A program made the translations under genes and the position numbers. The notes below the pieces were generated by a model. It saw nothing but the letters and a program-made list of their open reading frames with translations, did no database searches and was not told the DNA's origin. A DNA stretch of 64,000 bases from Squalus acanthias (Eukaryota): assembly GCA_030390025.1 (NCBI GenBank), contig CM059431.1:118608001-118672000 (forward strand), written 5' to 3'. Below are positions 48,931 through 60,705 of the stretch, piece after piece (position 1 is the first letter of the stretch; the number at the start of each line of letters is the position of its first letter).

Positions 48931-50194
48931 ACAGCTTGCACTGACTGCAATAACAAAGTAAATCGCACCTCGTTAAGGTCCAAAGTACAAAGTAGCCAGC
49001 AAATAATCTTTCATCTCAGCTGACCGGTAGTATGACCGCCACTGCCTATCCTTACAACTGGACTTCACTTATCATCCTTTATTTTTCAGCTCTCTGAATA
49101 CTCCTACCTTAGAAATTTTCTAAAATATCCAAAATCATTACGTACTTCTACAAAGGAATAGCTGAATCTTGAGAAATTATTGTTTTGTTCTACACAACTG
49201 TTGACATTTTACCATTAAATCTATTTCATTGATATTTCAGTACTTTCTTCTGAACATCATGAGTGTCGCATTTGAAGGGGATAAACCATCGAACGCACAT
49301 AGCAGAAAATGGCGTTACAACCAAGTGCAGTGTAGCTTCCACTTTTCAATTTTTTTTCCCATTCATTTTATTCTAAACATTTTAATAACCCAGTGACACT
49401 GTAGGGGTGGATTAAGCATTAACAGACAGAGGGTTAGATATTAACTGTTACCGACGGGAGATCAATTAATTGCTGCATATCGACCACCCATTATGTAACC
49501 CGTCCAATTTTCTTTTATGTTGAAGTCAATGAAAAGAAAAATCATACAGTGTGTACACCGGGCGGCTGGATTCTTGTGCCTTATGGTCAATGGAAAGAAA
49601 GATGGGACGGGATGCATGACGTGGGCAATCCACAATGCCGAGTTTTCCGAAAGTTAAAATCTGCCCCATAATACTGTTCCAGGGCTGGCTGCACACTTTT
49701 TATTAGGTAATCAAAGTAATACCTGATGGTTGTTTAGATTGATTGCATTGATGGGGACCACTTCGTTTGAACTCAAAAGCACAGTTGGGAATTATGGCTC
49801 TGGATTTGTAATTACTTTACCTCTCATACACTGAGAGCAACTACCATCGACAAACATAATTTAGAGCTAATGAACTTACTTGGCTACGCTGAGTGTCTAA
49901 AAACCATACTCGTAGCCTGTTAGTGCTTTTTCCAGTATAATAATCAGGTGGTGTCCTGGACATGGGAGCAGGGTAACTCCCAAAACATGCCTCATCACTT
50001 CTTCTCTAACCAGGCTAACATCACTGGTTGTTGAGCATCTGTGATGAATTTCTGGCCACATAAAGGAAGTAGTTCAAGGTCCCTATCTAATAATTCCTAC
50101 ATATGCCTTTAATTAATAGATGAAAAGAAAAACTGTGAATTCTAGAGATTTGAAATTTAAAAAAACAGAAAAAAACGGAAATGCACAATACATT

Positions 50195-50425
50195 GAATTA
50201 CACAGAATCTACAGCGCAGAAATAGGCCATTTGACTCAACTGGTCTATACCGATGTTTTAACTCCACATGAGCCTCCTATTCTAATTACCTCTTTGCATC
50301 CTGCTCCCATATCCCTCTATTCCCTTCTCCCTCATGTATGTGTCAAGCCTTTCCTTAAATATGCTATTTGCTTGAGCCACTCCACATGGCAGCAAGTTCC
50401 ACCTTCTCACCACTCTCCATGTAAA
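50195..50425 (-). mobile_element. CR1 3'-end fragment
   Basis: RVVRRWNLLP..ANSIFKERLDTYM remnant plus CR1-type 3' UTR. Confidence 0.7.
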
Positions 50426-50434
50426 AAGAGACAA

Positions 50435-50620
50435 TTGGAGTGAACTCGGTCTTAGACGGCAGTACAAAATGGGTGATAGTAATTCGGCAGCCCATTCTGC
50501 ACCCTGCCGAATTTTTTTTTCCATTGACGCCATTGGAAAAGATAATTGGGTGGGGTATAAAACAAGCTGCCAAATCGCTATCACCGATTTTGTGCTCCAG
50601 CCCCAAGACCAATTTTACCC
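50435..50620. mobile_element. Short MITE
   Basis: Imperfect TIR GGAGTGAACTCGGTCTT / AAGACCAATTTTACCCC; similar to the 19139-20363 body. Confidence 0.5.
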
Positions 50621-51379
50621 CCAGTATGTCAGTAAGCATCTAAAACAGAGACAGGCTGATGTTTCAAGGGCCTTGTACAGAATTCTGTTCTGCAAATTTT
50701 ACCATGATTATAAAACTAGAAAACCCTACCATCCACAGAACATTTAATCCAGTGTATTGTACTGTTCTGCAGCAGCTGAGCTTTACATGATAGCTGCCTT
50801 AATGTATTTTATGGGAGAAACAATAAGAGTCAAGTACTACTTGTACAATGATGAAGCATGACAATCACATTACTGTTGGATGTACATTGATTGTACAACA
50901 GATTCATAATTGCATTTTTTCTGTAGCTGTCAAGCAGTCACACAGTCTCTTAAAGTTACAATAAAGCAAATGATACAATGTATATTTGATTTCCCCCTTC
51001 CCCTCCCTCCATCCAAAAGTGCTAACTCATTTGGGGAACAGCTCCACAAGCCTCTGACTTTGGGTGTATCACAGCCAAATCCAATCCTTTCTTTGTCCAA
51101 CAACTGCATACGCACTTTCTAGCAGTGGTCTCTAACCAGCAGCCCAGCAGCACCAAGGCCAAATGCAGTCTCTCCACAGTGCTCTAAGTCAGCACAAACT
51201 GAGGATTGGACATGGAGCATTCCTGGTCTGTTTGGCCTGGTATTATGTCGAGTGACCAAAGTTTAGTTACCAAACCATCATAGCTTTATAAGGCATATTA
51301 TGTAATAATAGGCACTTTATAAGGCATATTAATTATGTAATAATTGGTACTGACCTAAGTGACATGTGTGTAACATATA

Positions 51380-51600
51380 GGCCAGATAAGTAAGGGCAGC
51401 AGATTTCCTTCCCTAAAGCACATTAATAGAACCAGATGGGTTTTTACCAGTAGTTTCATACTAGTTTTTTAATCCAGATTTATTTAATTAATTGAATTTA
51501 AATTCCCCAGCTGCCGTGGTGGGATTTGAACTCATGTCTCTGGATCATTAGTCCAGGCCTATGGATTACTAGTCCAGTAACAAAACATCTATGCTACCGT
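51380..51600 (-). mobile_element. tRNA-related SINE fragment
   Basis: Minus-strand box B-like GAGTTCAAATCCC preceded by GGACTAGTAATCCA. Confidence 0.5.
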
Positions 51601-52058
51601 ATCCCACATATGAAGCATAAATTCCAATGGAGATATATGTCATTTAAGAAACTGTTGTAACTATCTGGGATACATATTAACTATGCTGCTACAGGGGGTT
51701 CTATATATAGTGCACATATACACAAGTCGTATGATATTTAATTTGTCTAAACTTGCCTGATAGGGAGTGCATCTGTTTTGTGGTGCCATCTTTAATGAAC
51801 TGTCATAGACAAGGTGAAAGCAAAGGCTTTGTGGGGCTTCCTACATAAATTCCAACTGCCCCAAGCCTCTCTTTTCTCCTGTAGCAATTCAGATCAGACA
51901 TTTGGCTTTTCATGCTCAGTTTTTCCAAAAATCATATGCAAAAGAAGTCTGCCACTCACCTGCAACACCTAATATGCGCATAGGAGACAGGAGTTTAAAT
52001 TGCATAAACCCCAAATTTATGCCACATGTGGACCAGGAAACTCTGTACAATACGATAG

Positions 52059-53954
52059 CTCAATTTCTCTGCTCCCCTCACTCACTCCAACCTACCTCCC
52101 TCTGAACTTGCAGCACTCCATTCTCTCCGATCCAACCCTGACATTGTCATTAAACCTGCTGACAAGGGTGGCGCTGTTGTTGTTTGGCGAACCGACCTCT
52201 ACCTAGCGGAAGTTGAACGCCAACTCTCTGACACCTCCTCCTACCTCCACCTGGACCATGACCCCACTACCGAACATCAAGCCACCGTGTCCAAGACTGT
52301 CACTGACCTCATCTCCTCTGGAGATCTTCCCCCCACGGCCGCCAACCTCATAGTTCCCCAACCCCGCACAGCCCGCTTCTACCTCCTTCCCAAGATCCAC
52401 AAACAGGACTGCCCCGGTAGACCCATCGTTTCAGCCTGTTCTTGCCCCACGGAACTTATCTCTTCCTATCTCGACTCTATTTTTTCTCCCCTTGTCCAGT
52501 CTCTTCCCACCTACATCCGCGACTCTTCCGATGCCCTCCGCCATTTTAACAGTTTCCAGTTTCCCGGCCCCAACCGTCTCCTCTTCACTATGGACGTACA
52601 ATCCCTCTACACCTCCATTCCCCACCAGGATGGCCTGAGGGCGCTCCGCTTCTTCCTTGAACAGAGGCCCAACCAGTCCCCATCCACCACCACCCTCCTC
52701 CGCCTGGCTGAACTTGTTCTCACATTGAACAACTTCTCCTTTGACTCTACCCATTTCCTCCAAATTAAAGGTGTTGCTATGGGTACCCGCATGGGTCCTA
52801 GCTATGCCTGCCTTTTCGTGGGATATGTGGAACACTCTTTGTTCCAGTCCTACTCGGGTCCCCTCCCTCACCTCTTTTTCCGGTACATTGATGACTGTAT
52901 CGGTGCCGTCTCCTGCTCTCGCCCTGAACTAGAACATTTCATTCACTATGCTTCCAATTTCCACCCTTCCCTCACCTTCACATGGTCCATCTCCGACTCT
53001 TCTCTTCCCTTCCTCGACTTCTCCATCTCCATCTCTGGGGATAGGTTATTGACTAACATTCACTACAAGCCCACCGACTCCCACAGCTACCTGGACTACA
53101 CTTCCTCCCACCCCGCCTCCTGTAAGGACTCTATTCCATTCTCCCAGTTTCTCCGTCTCCGCCGCATCTGCTCTGATGATGCCACCTTCCATACCAGTGC
53201 TTCCGACATGTCTTCCTTTTTCCTCAACCGAGGATTCCCCTCTACCGTGGTCGACACGGCCCTCGACCGTGTCCGTTCTATCTCCCGCACATCTGCCCTC
53301 ACCCCTGCCCCTCCCTCCCGGAACCACGATAGGGTTCCCCTTGTCCTCACCTTTCACCCCACCAGCCTCCACATTCAACGGATCATCCTCCGCCATTTCC
53401 GCCACCTCCAGCGTGATCCCACCACCAAACACATCTTCCCCTCACCTCCCCTTTCAGCATTCCGCAGGGACCGCTCCCTCCGCGACACCCTAGTCCACTC
53501 CTCTACCACCCCCAGCACCCCTTCCCCTTCGCCCGGCACCTTCCCGTGCACGCGCAGGAGATGCAACACATGCCCTTATACCTCCCCTCTTCCCACTGTC
53601 CAGGGCCCCAAACACCCCTTCCAGGTGAAACAGCGATTTACTTGTACTTCCTGCAATTTAGTATACTGTATTCGCTGCTCACGATGTGGACTCCTCTACA
53701 TTGGGGAGACCAAACGCAGATTGGGTGACCGCTTTGCGGAACACCTCCGTTCAGTCCGTAAGGGGGACCCCGAGCTCCCGGTGGCCTGTCACTTTAATTC
53801 ACCGCTTCACTCCCACTCTGACCTCACCGTCCTCGGCCTAATACACTGTTCCACGGAAGCTCAGCGTAAGCTCGAGGAACAGCACCTCATCTTTCGTTTA
53901 GGCACGCTACAGCCCTCTGGACTCAATATCGAGTTCAACAATTTTAGATCATAA
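52059..53954 (+). CDS. Penelope-like RT + GIY-YIG endonuclease, open frame of 631 aa lacking its N-terminus
   Basis: IKPADKGGAVV, PKIHK..PGRPIVS, MDVQSLYTSI, GVAMG, RYIDD, FLD; CTRRRCNTC linker; VYCIRC..C..LYIGET.RRL..RF.EH; GLN. The frame is open upstream of the called start at 52287, back to a TAG at 52056. Confidence 0.93.
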   Translation, partial: LNFSAPLTHSNLPPSELAALHSLRSNPDIVIKPADKGGAVVVWRTDLYLAEVERQLSDTSSYLHLDHDPTTEHQATVSKTVTDLISSGDLPPTAANLIVPQPRTARFYLLPKIHKQDCPGRPIVSACSCPTELISSYLDSIFSPLVQSLPTYIRDSSDALRHFNSFQFPGPNRLLFTMDVQSLYTSIPHQDGLRALRFFLEQRPNQSPSTTTLLRLAELVLTLNNFSFDSTHFLQIKGVAMGTRMGPSYACLFVGYVEHSLFQSYSGPLPHLFFRYIDDCIGAVSCSRPELEHFIHYASNFHPSLTFTWSISDSSLPFLDFSISISGDRLLTNIHYKPTDSHSYLDYTSSHPASCKDSIPFSQFLRLRRICSDDATFHTSASDMSSFFLNRGFPSTVVDTALDRVRSISRTSALTPAPPSRNHDRVPLVLTFHPTSLHIQRIILRHFRHLQRDPTTKHIFPSPPLSAFRRDRSLRDTLVHSSTTPSTPSPSPGTFPCTRRRCNTCPYTSPLPTVQGPKHPFQVKQRFTCTSCNLVYCIRCSRCGLLYIGETKRRLGDRFAEHLRSVRKGDPELPVACHFNSPLHSHSDLTVLGLIHCSTEAQRKLEEQHLIFRLGTLQPSGLNIEFNNFRS

Positions 53955-54230
53955 CCTCAGCTCCAATCACATTTATATTTTATTTTATCCACCCTTTTAT
54001 TTGTCCCCCCCACCTTTTTTTTCCTCCTAGAAGCTGGCAGCTGTCCTTCATTCTGCCAGTAGATTTCACACTTCATTCAGCCTTAATCTGTCACATTAAC
54101 ACCACCTCTAGCCTTGCATATCTCTTAATGTCTCTTAATGTCTCTTCATCTCCTCCTTTGTTCCTTTATCCCCTCCCCCTTTTCCCAGCTTTACCCTGGC
54201 CTTAAATCTATTTGATTTCCAGCTCTTCCC

Positions 54231-54267
54231 AGTTCTGATGAAAGGTCATCGACCTGAAACGTCAACT
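54231..54267 (+). ncRNA. Minimal type I hammerhead ribozyme motif with canonical GUC cleavage triplet
   Basis: AGUU-CUGAUGA-A-AGGUC(AUC)GACCU-GAAA-C-GUC^-AACU; predicted cleavage after 54263. Confidence 0.82.
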
Positions 54268-55239
54268 CTCTTTCTCTCTCCACGGATGCTGCCTGGCCTG
54301 CTGAGTTTTTCCAGCGTTTTCTGTTGTTAACTCTGTACAATACTTAGGCAGCAGACACCTCAAATGCCACTTTGATTAGTGGATCCACATCTCTTTCTTT
54401 AACTTGACATTGTTGTTAAGTCTAATATATCCTGAGTGAGATGATGCTTATATTGTGGGTTCCAGTCCAGTTTTTCAAAATAGCGTTCTCATTATATACA
54501 CAAATAGCCCAGAAATGCTGATAAATGTCCTTGGAGCTGTCATAGCACGGCTATTACACCAACATCCTCATTTTCTATTAATAAAAACAAGAAAGAAAAC
54601 TTCACACCCTTGACCTCAATAGACAAAGTCTCACAATGGCCTTTGTGTAACTCTTATTATGTTATACATATCACTGCAAGTGACTGGAGGGAGGGAATGA
54701 CTCCATTGACTCCCAGGAGTACAAAAAATAAACCAGAACTACAACAATTGACAATGCTATGACACAAAAAATACTTGTGTCTTATTACCACTTGGAAAAG
54801 CATTAGTGTCAGTGGTAAGGGTAATGCCAGTTATAACAATAAAACTTTGGTCAGTGGATCCAATTTAGTATTTGTTAGCCTTGGTATGAACTAGTTTTGA
54901 GGATGCTAACTTCAGCAAGAGGGTATTTTCCAAGGGTACATTCATGATACAGCCTGGTATGCAAGGACATAATAGAGTTTTTTTTTGGTTGAGTAATACA
55001 ATTAACAAAAGCTACTCAGCTCTCCAACAAGTCAGGGTGCTATTGTGGTATTTGCCATGGAACAGGGAAAGAAGAACTTGTAGGGTAGTAACAAATTAGA
55101 CATGCAGCACATTTGTGTGAGGAAGGAGCATGACATGAATCAAGTACCCTGAATCAATATTTAATTATTTTGGCATTGATGTAAAAGTGTATTTATCCTA
55201 ACTTGTTCAAATCAAAGGAGTTGATCGCATTCATTTATG

Positions 55240-56685
55240 GCAATATGCATTTTGGATGGAAGAATGAGGAGGCCAATATAAACTAAATGGTAGAATTTTA
55301 AAGGAGGCGGAGGAACCAAGAGACAGGGGTTTGTTTACAGAAATCTTTGAAGCTGGCAGGACAAGTTAGAAAGGCTGTTAAAAAAGCATACGGGATCCAT
55401 GGCTTTTTAAATAGAGACATGGAGCGCTAAATTCGGTTGATTTGCGCCTACCATTAGCACCCTAAGAGGGCGCTAACGGAGCGCAAATCAACTAACGTTT
55501 GGGCACGGCGCCGCTAACGCCTCCCGCGAAACTCAGTGGGAGGTTAGCGTCGGCGCTAACTGTTAGCGCCGCCGGCGAAGACGATATCGCCGTGCGCAGC
55601 GCCCCGCTCGTGCCCCGGCTGTAATATTGGGTGGTGCCCCCCGACTTATCGCCGGACGCTATGTCCGCGGGGGTCAGGGAGGCCTACCTGCGGCCGGGGC
55701 GGCGCTAGTTAAAGGGGAGGTGGCAGGCGGCCATTTTTGTTGTTGGCCGCCTGCCAGCACCTGCCCCCGTAGCTGTCCCCAGTCTCCATGAAGCCCCCCC
55801 GTGGGGTGCCAGCTGCTCTCTGTGAGGGGATCGGGGCTCGTTTGCCGGCACTCCCGATCCCTGGTGGCCCAGCTGGGCGCCGGGACGCGTTGCGCCAGGG
55901 CCCTCCCCTTTAATAAGGGGAGGAATGCCTGCAGTACCGCGGCGTGACGGCTGCGATATTGGCTCGCAGCGCCCCAAGAGGGATGCGGGGCGCTTCCAGT
56001 AGTGCCCCTCCTCCCTCTCAGGGCGCTACCTGGGAAAATCGGCAGTGGGGGCGCTAACTTTTTCAGGGCAATAAATTTAGTGCCCCGGCGAATTTTAACC
56101 CATGGAATACAAAAGCAAGGAAGTTATGCTAAACCTTTATAAATCACTGGTTAGGCCCCAGCTGGAGTATTGTGTACAATTCTGGGCACCACACTTTAGG
56201 AAGGATGTCAAGACATTGGAGAGGTTGCAGAGAAGATTTACTGGAATGGTATCAGGGATGAGAAACTTTAGTTACGTGGAGAGACTAGAGAAGCTGGGAT
56301 TGTTCTCCTAAGATGAGAGAAGGTTAAGTCAAGATTTAATTGAAGTGTTCAAAATCATGAAGGGTTTGATTAAGTAAATAAGGAGAAACTGTTTCCAGTG
56401 CCAGAAAGGTCGATAACACAGATTTAAGGTAATTGGCAAAAGAGCCAGAGGTGAGATGAGGAGGATTTTTTAATGCCACAAATTATCATTTTGAATGCAC
56501 TGCTTGAAAGGGTGGTGGAAGTAGATTCAATACCAACCTGCAAAAGAGAATTTGATAAATATTTGAAGGGGACAAATTGCAGAGATATGGGGAAAGAGCA
56601 GGGGAGTAGATCTCTTTCAAAGAGCTGGCACAGGCATGATGGGCTGAATGGCCTCCTTCTGTGCTGTAAGATTCTATGATTCTAT
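55240..56685 (+). mobile_element. CR1 3' fragment interrupted by a MITE
   Basis: YKSLVRPQLEYCVQFWAPHFRKD; ATTCTATGATTCTAT tail. Confidence 0.85.
55422..56101. mobile_element. GC-rich Harbinger MITE (family of 19350-19957)
   Basis: Collinear with 19350-19957; TSD ATG; the CR1 resumes in register. Confidence 0.8.
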
Positions 56686-57578
56686 GGGGTAAAAATTCAC
56701 TTGGTTGCGCCACCCGTTAGCGCCTTAAGAGGGCGCTAATGGGGCGCAAAGCCGCTAACGCCCGGGCGCAGCAATGTTTGCGCCGCTCGAGAACTTAACT
56801 TGAGATTGTGCGGTGGCGCTAAAGCTTACCGCTGCGACCACCTGCGCGCGCAGATTGTGACGTCATTCCATGGTGCAACGCCCTTGGGGCGCCCCGTAGC
56901 GGAAATTGAGTGGCGCCCCCTGCCTTACCGCCTGGCGCTTCCAACGACCAGAAGACTGGAACGCTATCAATTGCTGTGGGGCTGGGGGGGGCGCTATTTA
57001 AAGGGGGCCTCTTCCTGTCTTTTATTGTTGGTGGCATTTTTGAACTACGCATTCTGAGAGAGAGAGGGAGAGACTTCTGGAGAGATTCAACGTTGTGTGA
57101 AGGAGTTTTGGGTACTGAGCAGCACTTTGCAGGTTCATTTTGATTTGCCATTCCTTGTATCGATTTAGCAGAGACCGTGGGAGCTGCACTCCGAGCTCTT
57201 TGCCTGGTGCTCTCCATTGTTCTTTCCAGCACATTTGATGTGCAAGTCTCTCCAGGCCGAGATTCAAGGCAGCAATGAACAGGATGTGGATGGAAAGCAA
57301 GATTAACCAACCCCTTTAAGAACTGGCCCGTGCCATTGTGTGTGTGTTCCATTGCTGACTGACATTACATGAGCTTCGCCAGCGCTCCGAGTTAGCGCCT
57401 CACTGCTCGGCCTTTGCGCCTTAAGAGAGGTGTGCAGCGCCTGCTTTAGCGCTCCACTCACCTCCCGGGGCGGTAAAAGTGAAGTTTCCCGTCAGTGCCG
57501 ATAATTAGCGCCAGGCGCTAATATTTGCGTCCGGACGATATTTGCGCCCCAAATGGGGCGCGACCTAATTTCTACCCC
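56686..57578. mobile_element. Non-autonomous deletion derivative of the 1-4386 Harbinger family (second copy)
   Basis: TIR GGGGTAAAAATT / AATTTCTACCCC; TSD TAT; collinear with 16601-17497. Confidence 0.88.
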
Positions 57579-58899
57579 TATATCTCTTATTGTACTGACT
57601 TTTCATTCCACAACAAATTTCCTCAGGAGTTTCACTGCACTCCTGTTGTATCATCAGAAAACAGCAAGGACCTGGCTGCACTGGTGTCCCAGGATTTTAA
57701 GGGTGAAAGCATTAACCACCCTTTACTCAGCAAATATCATCTGTGGGGGGCGGGGGCGGTTGCAGGGTCTTCTTACATCAGGAACCCACATCCCTGGCAC
57801 ATTTTAGGATCCAGCATAGCACTGGAGGCCTGGACCCTCAAGGAATAGCCACCAGATATAAAAGTATAACCCTATGCAATACAAGATTTGAACATTAGTG
57901 TCCAAGACCAATGAGCCGAAATAATACCTTGTTTCTTTATACCTCTGTTTATCACCATGAATACTAGTTTTTTTTTAATTAGCAGTAAAAAGATATCCAT
58001 CTCATATTTTAAACAATTTTAGTATTTTAGATAAAGACACATTTCATTTTTAATGGGAATTTGGATAAAATAAGGAAACCTTTCAGAAAGTTTTATACAG
58101 GGGAGTACTTTTCTTTTTTGACTTTCATTTAAAATGTTGAACAAAATATATTTGTCAAATCTTGACCGGAAAGAAAAAAAAGTCTTATAAAAGAAGAGAG
58201 GTCTTCAACAGAATCGCGAGTTGCAAGCCTTTTAAAAGTTCGATGCACTAGAGCAGGTGCTGACGATCAGGAGACATCACAAAATGGCTCAATAAACACC
58301 CGAGCCAAGAGTTTCCGTTTTGGCAGAAACCCAGCAAGGCAGCCCAGTAAAGTCAGCAAGGCAGTTTCTGTGTCCAATTAGCTTGGCTGCTGCCAACACC
58401 GGCAAAGTTAAATAAGTTAGGCAGGATTCCTAACTGCATGAGCAGCTCTCCTCAGTTGAGTGGGGGTGGAATGTGGCTGCTGCAGGTCTTAAATGAGGCC
58501 GACTATCTGCCAGGCAGCTGGGGAGGCAGTCCATTCTTCAGGAAAGAATTTCAAATTTTGCAGGGGGAGTGCAATCAATTGCACCACTTATTTAGAGGGC
58601 TTTTAAAATTCAACTGTCACCCACCTCCCCGCCCTATAATTGAAATGACCTCCAACCAGCATGCTTGCATGCTGACGTCCCTTGCATCTAGCATTGCTAT
58701 GGTGGTGATGTTGAAAATGTGGCACCTGACATCACTCTGTCATTACTGTCCACTTTAAATACAGCTGCCCATATTTGGGTGGGCGTATTCAACAGCAGTT
58801 GTCACTTAAGCGGAAACAGAAAATCCCGAAATGCGCAGAAAGCTTGTGGAAAATTGGGAATCATATGTCAAAAGAATCTGACCAAGACTAAATAAATCA

Positions 58900-60700
58900 A
58901 TATATTGATAAGGACCCTAACACTTGCACTGTTTGATTGACTAACCTAGGTGAAGGGCCAAAGCTCTTACTGCAGGACACTACCAAGGATGCGAAGGAGT
59001 ACTGGAGAAGACAATGCAAATCTGAAAGTAGTGTTTAAGCGACACCAAGGTTGAGTATTAAAGGCCTGCAGATTGTAGGAAGGGAGATACACTGAACCGT
59101 AGTTTGCAGGTCTGGTAAATAATGAGGTGGAGTAGGAACCATCATAATTACTCTTTATTTTGAAGAGACAAAGAGGAGGAAGAGCATGTAGGCTGGCATA
59201 ATTGTAGCTTAGGAGGAACAAGAGAGGAAAGTGTAGAGAAGCACTGACAAAGGTAATATTGATAAAATAGAGAAAGAGACAGAGGGGGAAATTTTCTCTT
59301 GCTTTGCCGAGTAGAAATGGGGCGGTAGCCCCCAAAAATCAAGGGGAAAAACATACTGGCCACTTCCTGCTCCCAATCCAGCCAATGTCATTCTGAAAGG
59401 AGCCTACTGCTGGGCTGCTGGAGTGCCTATCTGTTTCAGGTGGTAGGCCCTTTCAATATGGAAATCAGATCTCCTATGATGCACAGAGGCCATAGATTGC
59501 CATTTTGGGAGACAATTGGGTGGAGCGGCGGCATTCATGCTCCGCCCAATATTACCTGGCGGTACAGCTAAAGAGGACTGCAAACAGTAAAGTTTAACAT
59601 TATTTTTGTGGGGCCAGGAGGAGCAGGAGGGCTCCACAAGAATAATGTGGGCCACTTCCGCCCCTGGCTCCCTAACACATTTCCCCCACACCTCCCCCAC
59701 TACCTGCCCTAGCCTACATGATCACCCTATCCTGGCCGGTTGGGTTGGCCTCCTTGCCACCTGATATGGCGCCAGCCAAAAGCCGCTGAGCTGCAGCGGA
59801 CTGCCCGTTTGGTGCCCACAACCCACCAGCAGCACGGTAATGAGAACCAGCCTCTAGAATGGACAACCAGTCAAAGCACTCTGCCACGAGGTGCCGAATA
59901 GTTAAAATCCACCCCAGACAGAAATTGAAAATGAAAGAAGGATTGACTATGAGGTGATGAGTTTTTATTGAAATTACGATTTTATTGTAATAATTCAGCC
60001 ACTGAAACTGCACAAGAAAGGGCAGCTGTGTGCACTGGGCACATGCAATCTGATGGAAGCTGATAAGTATTGATTGGAATTATCAGCAGAAGAAAGGATT
60101 AAGCATGGAGGAGTTCCATAGATATGGAGAAAGAACACGGTGGAGGAGAGAAAAGAGCTCTGGGAAAGTGCCTGATGATACAGCACAGATTGAGTGATTC
60201 AGGAAAAAACTAGAAAGCAATGAACATAGCTTTGATGGAAGATCATATTTGTGTAGAAGTGCAGAGTGTCAGACACTGTTAAAGGCTTTGGAGTTGTTCA
60301 AGACCATGACCAAAGAGCCACCAAAGTATAAAATAGCAGAATTCAACTGATGCGCAACTTAACACCAGGGAAAACAACCATGCTGAAAACCAAACTGGTG
60401 ACAATCATGAATTAGGTCAGAACTTTCCAAGTTGATATTCAGCTTAAAATTTAACAGCACTTACCTCAACATTTGAAAGCACAAATGCAAGGGCAATAGG
60501 GCAGTAGTTGGAAGGAGTGGGATCACTTTTTGTAGCTGTACGATTGAAACAAATACATTTCCAAGGAAAGGGAAAGGTGGACTGGGAGTGTGACAGACTA
60601 ATGGTGCTGGAGGAGAGTATGTTCAGAGGCACACATTTGGGGTTAATAGGAGAGATACCATCAGGACCAAGGGTTCATTGGAATTTAGTGGTGTTAAAAC
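58900..60700 (-). mobile_element. Highly decayed LINE (L2-like) remnants with an inserted MITE-like segment (~59286-59915)
   Basis: DPTPSNYCPIAL resembles the RT-proximal P.NYRPISL motif; purine-rich plus strand; TIR-like GGGGGAAATTTT / AAAATCCACCCC. Confidence 0.4.
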
Positions 60701-60705
60701 TTGAT

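Larger units (their letters stand above)
52054..54328 (+). mobile_element. Penelope-like retroelement (probably Neptune clade), 5'-truncated
   Basis: 15-bp TSD AACTCTGTACAATAC (52039-52053, 54329-54343); RT + Cys-rich linker + GIY-YIG; 3' hammerhead motif. Confidence 0.95.

Noticed and set aside
52059..53954. Telomerase RT, retron or group II intron RT
   Set aside because: The C-terminal GIY-YIG domain, TSD and pLTR hammerhead identify a Penelope-like element.
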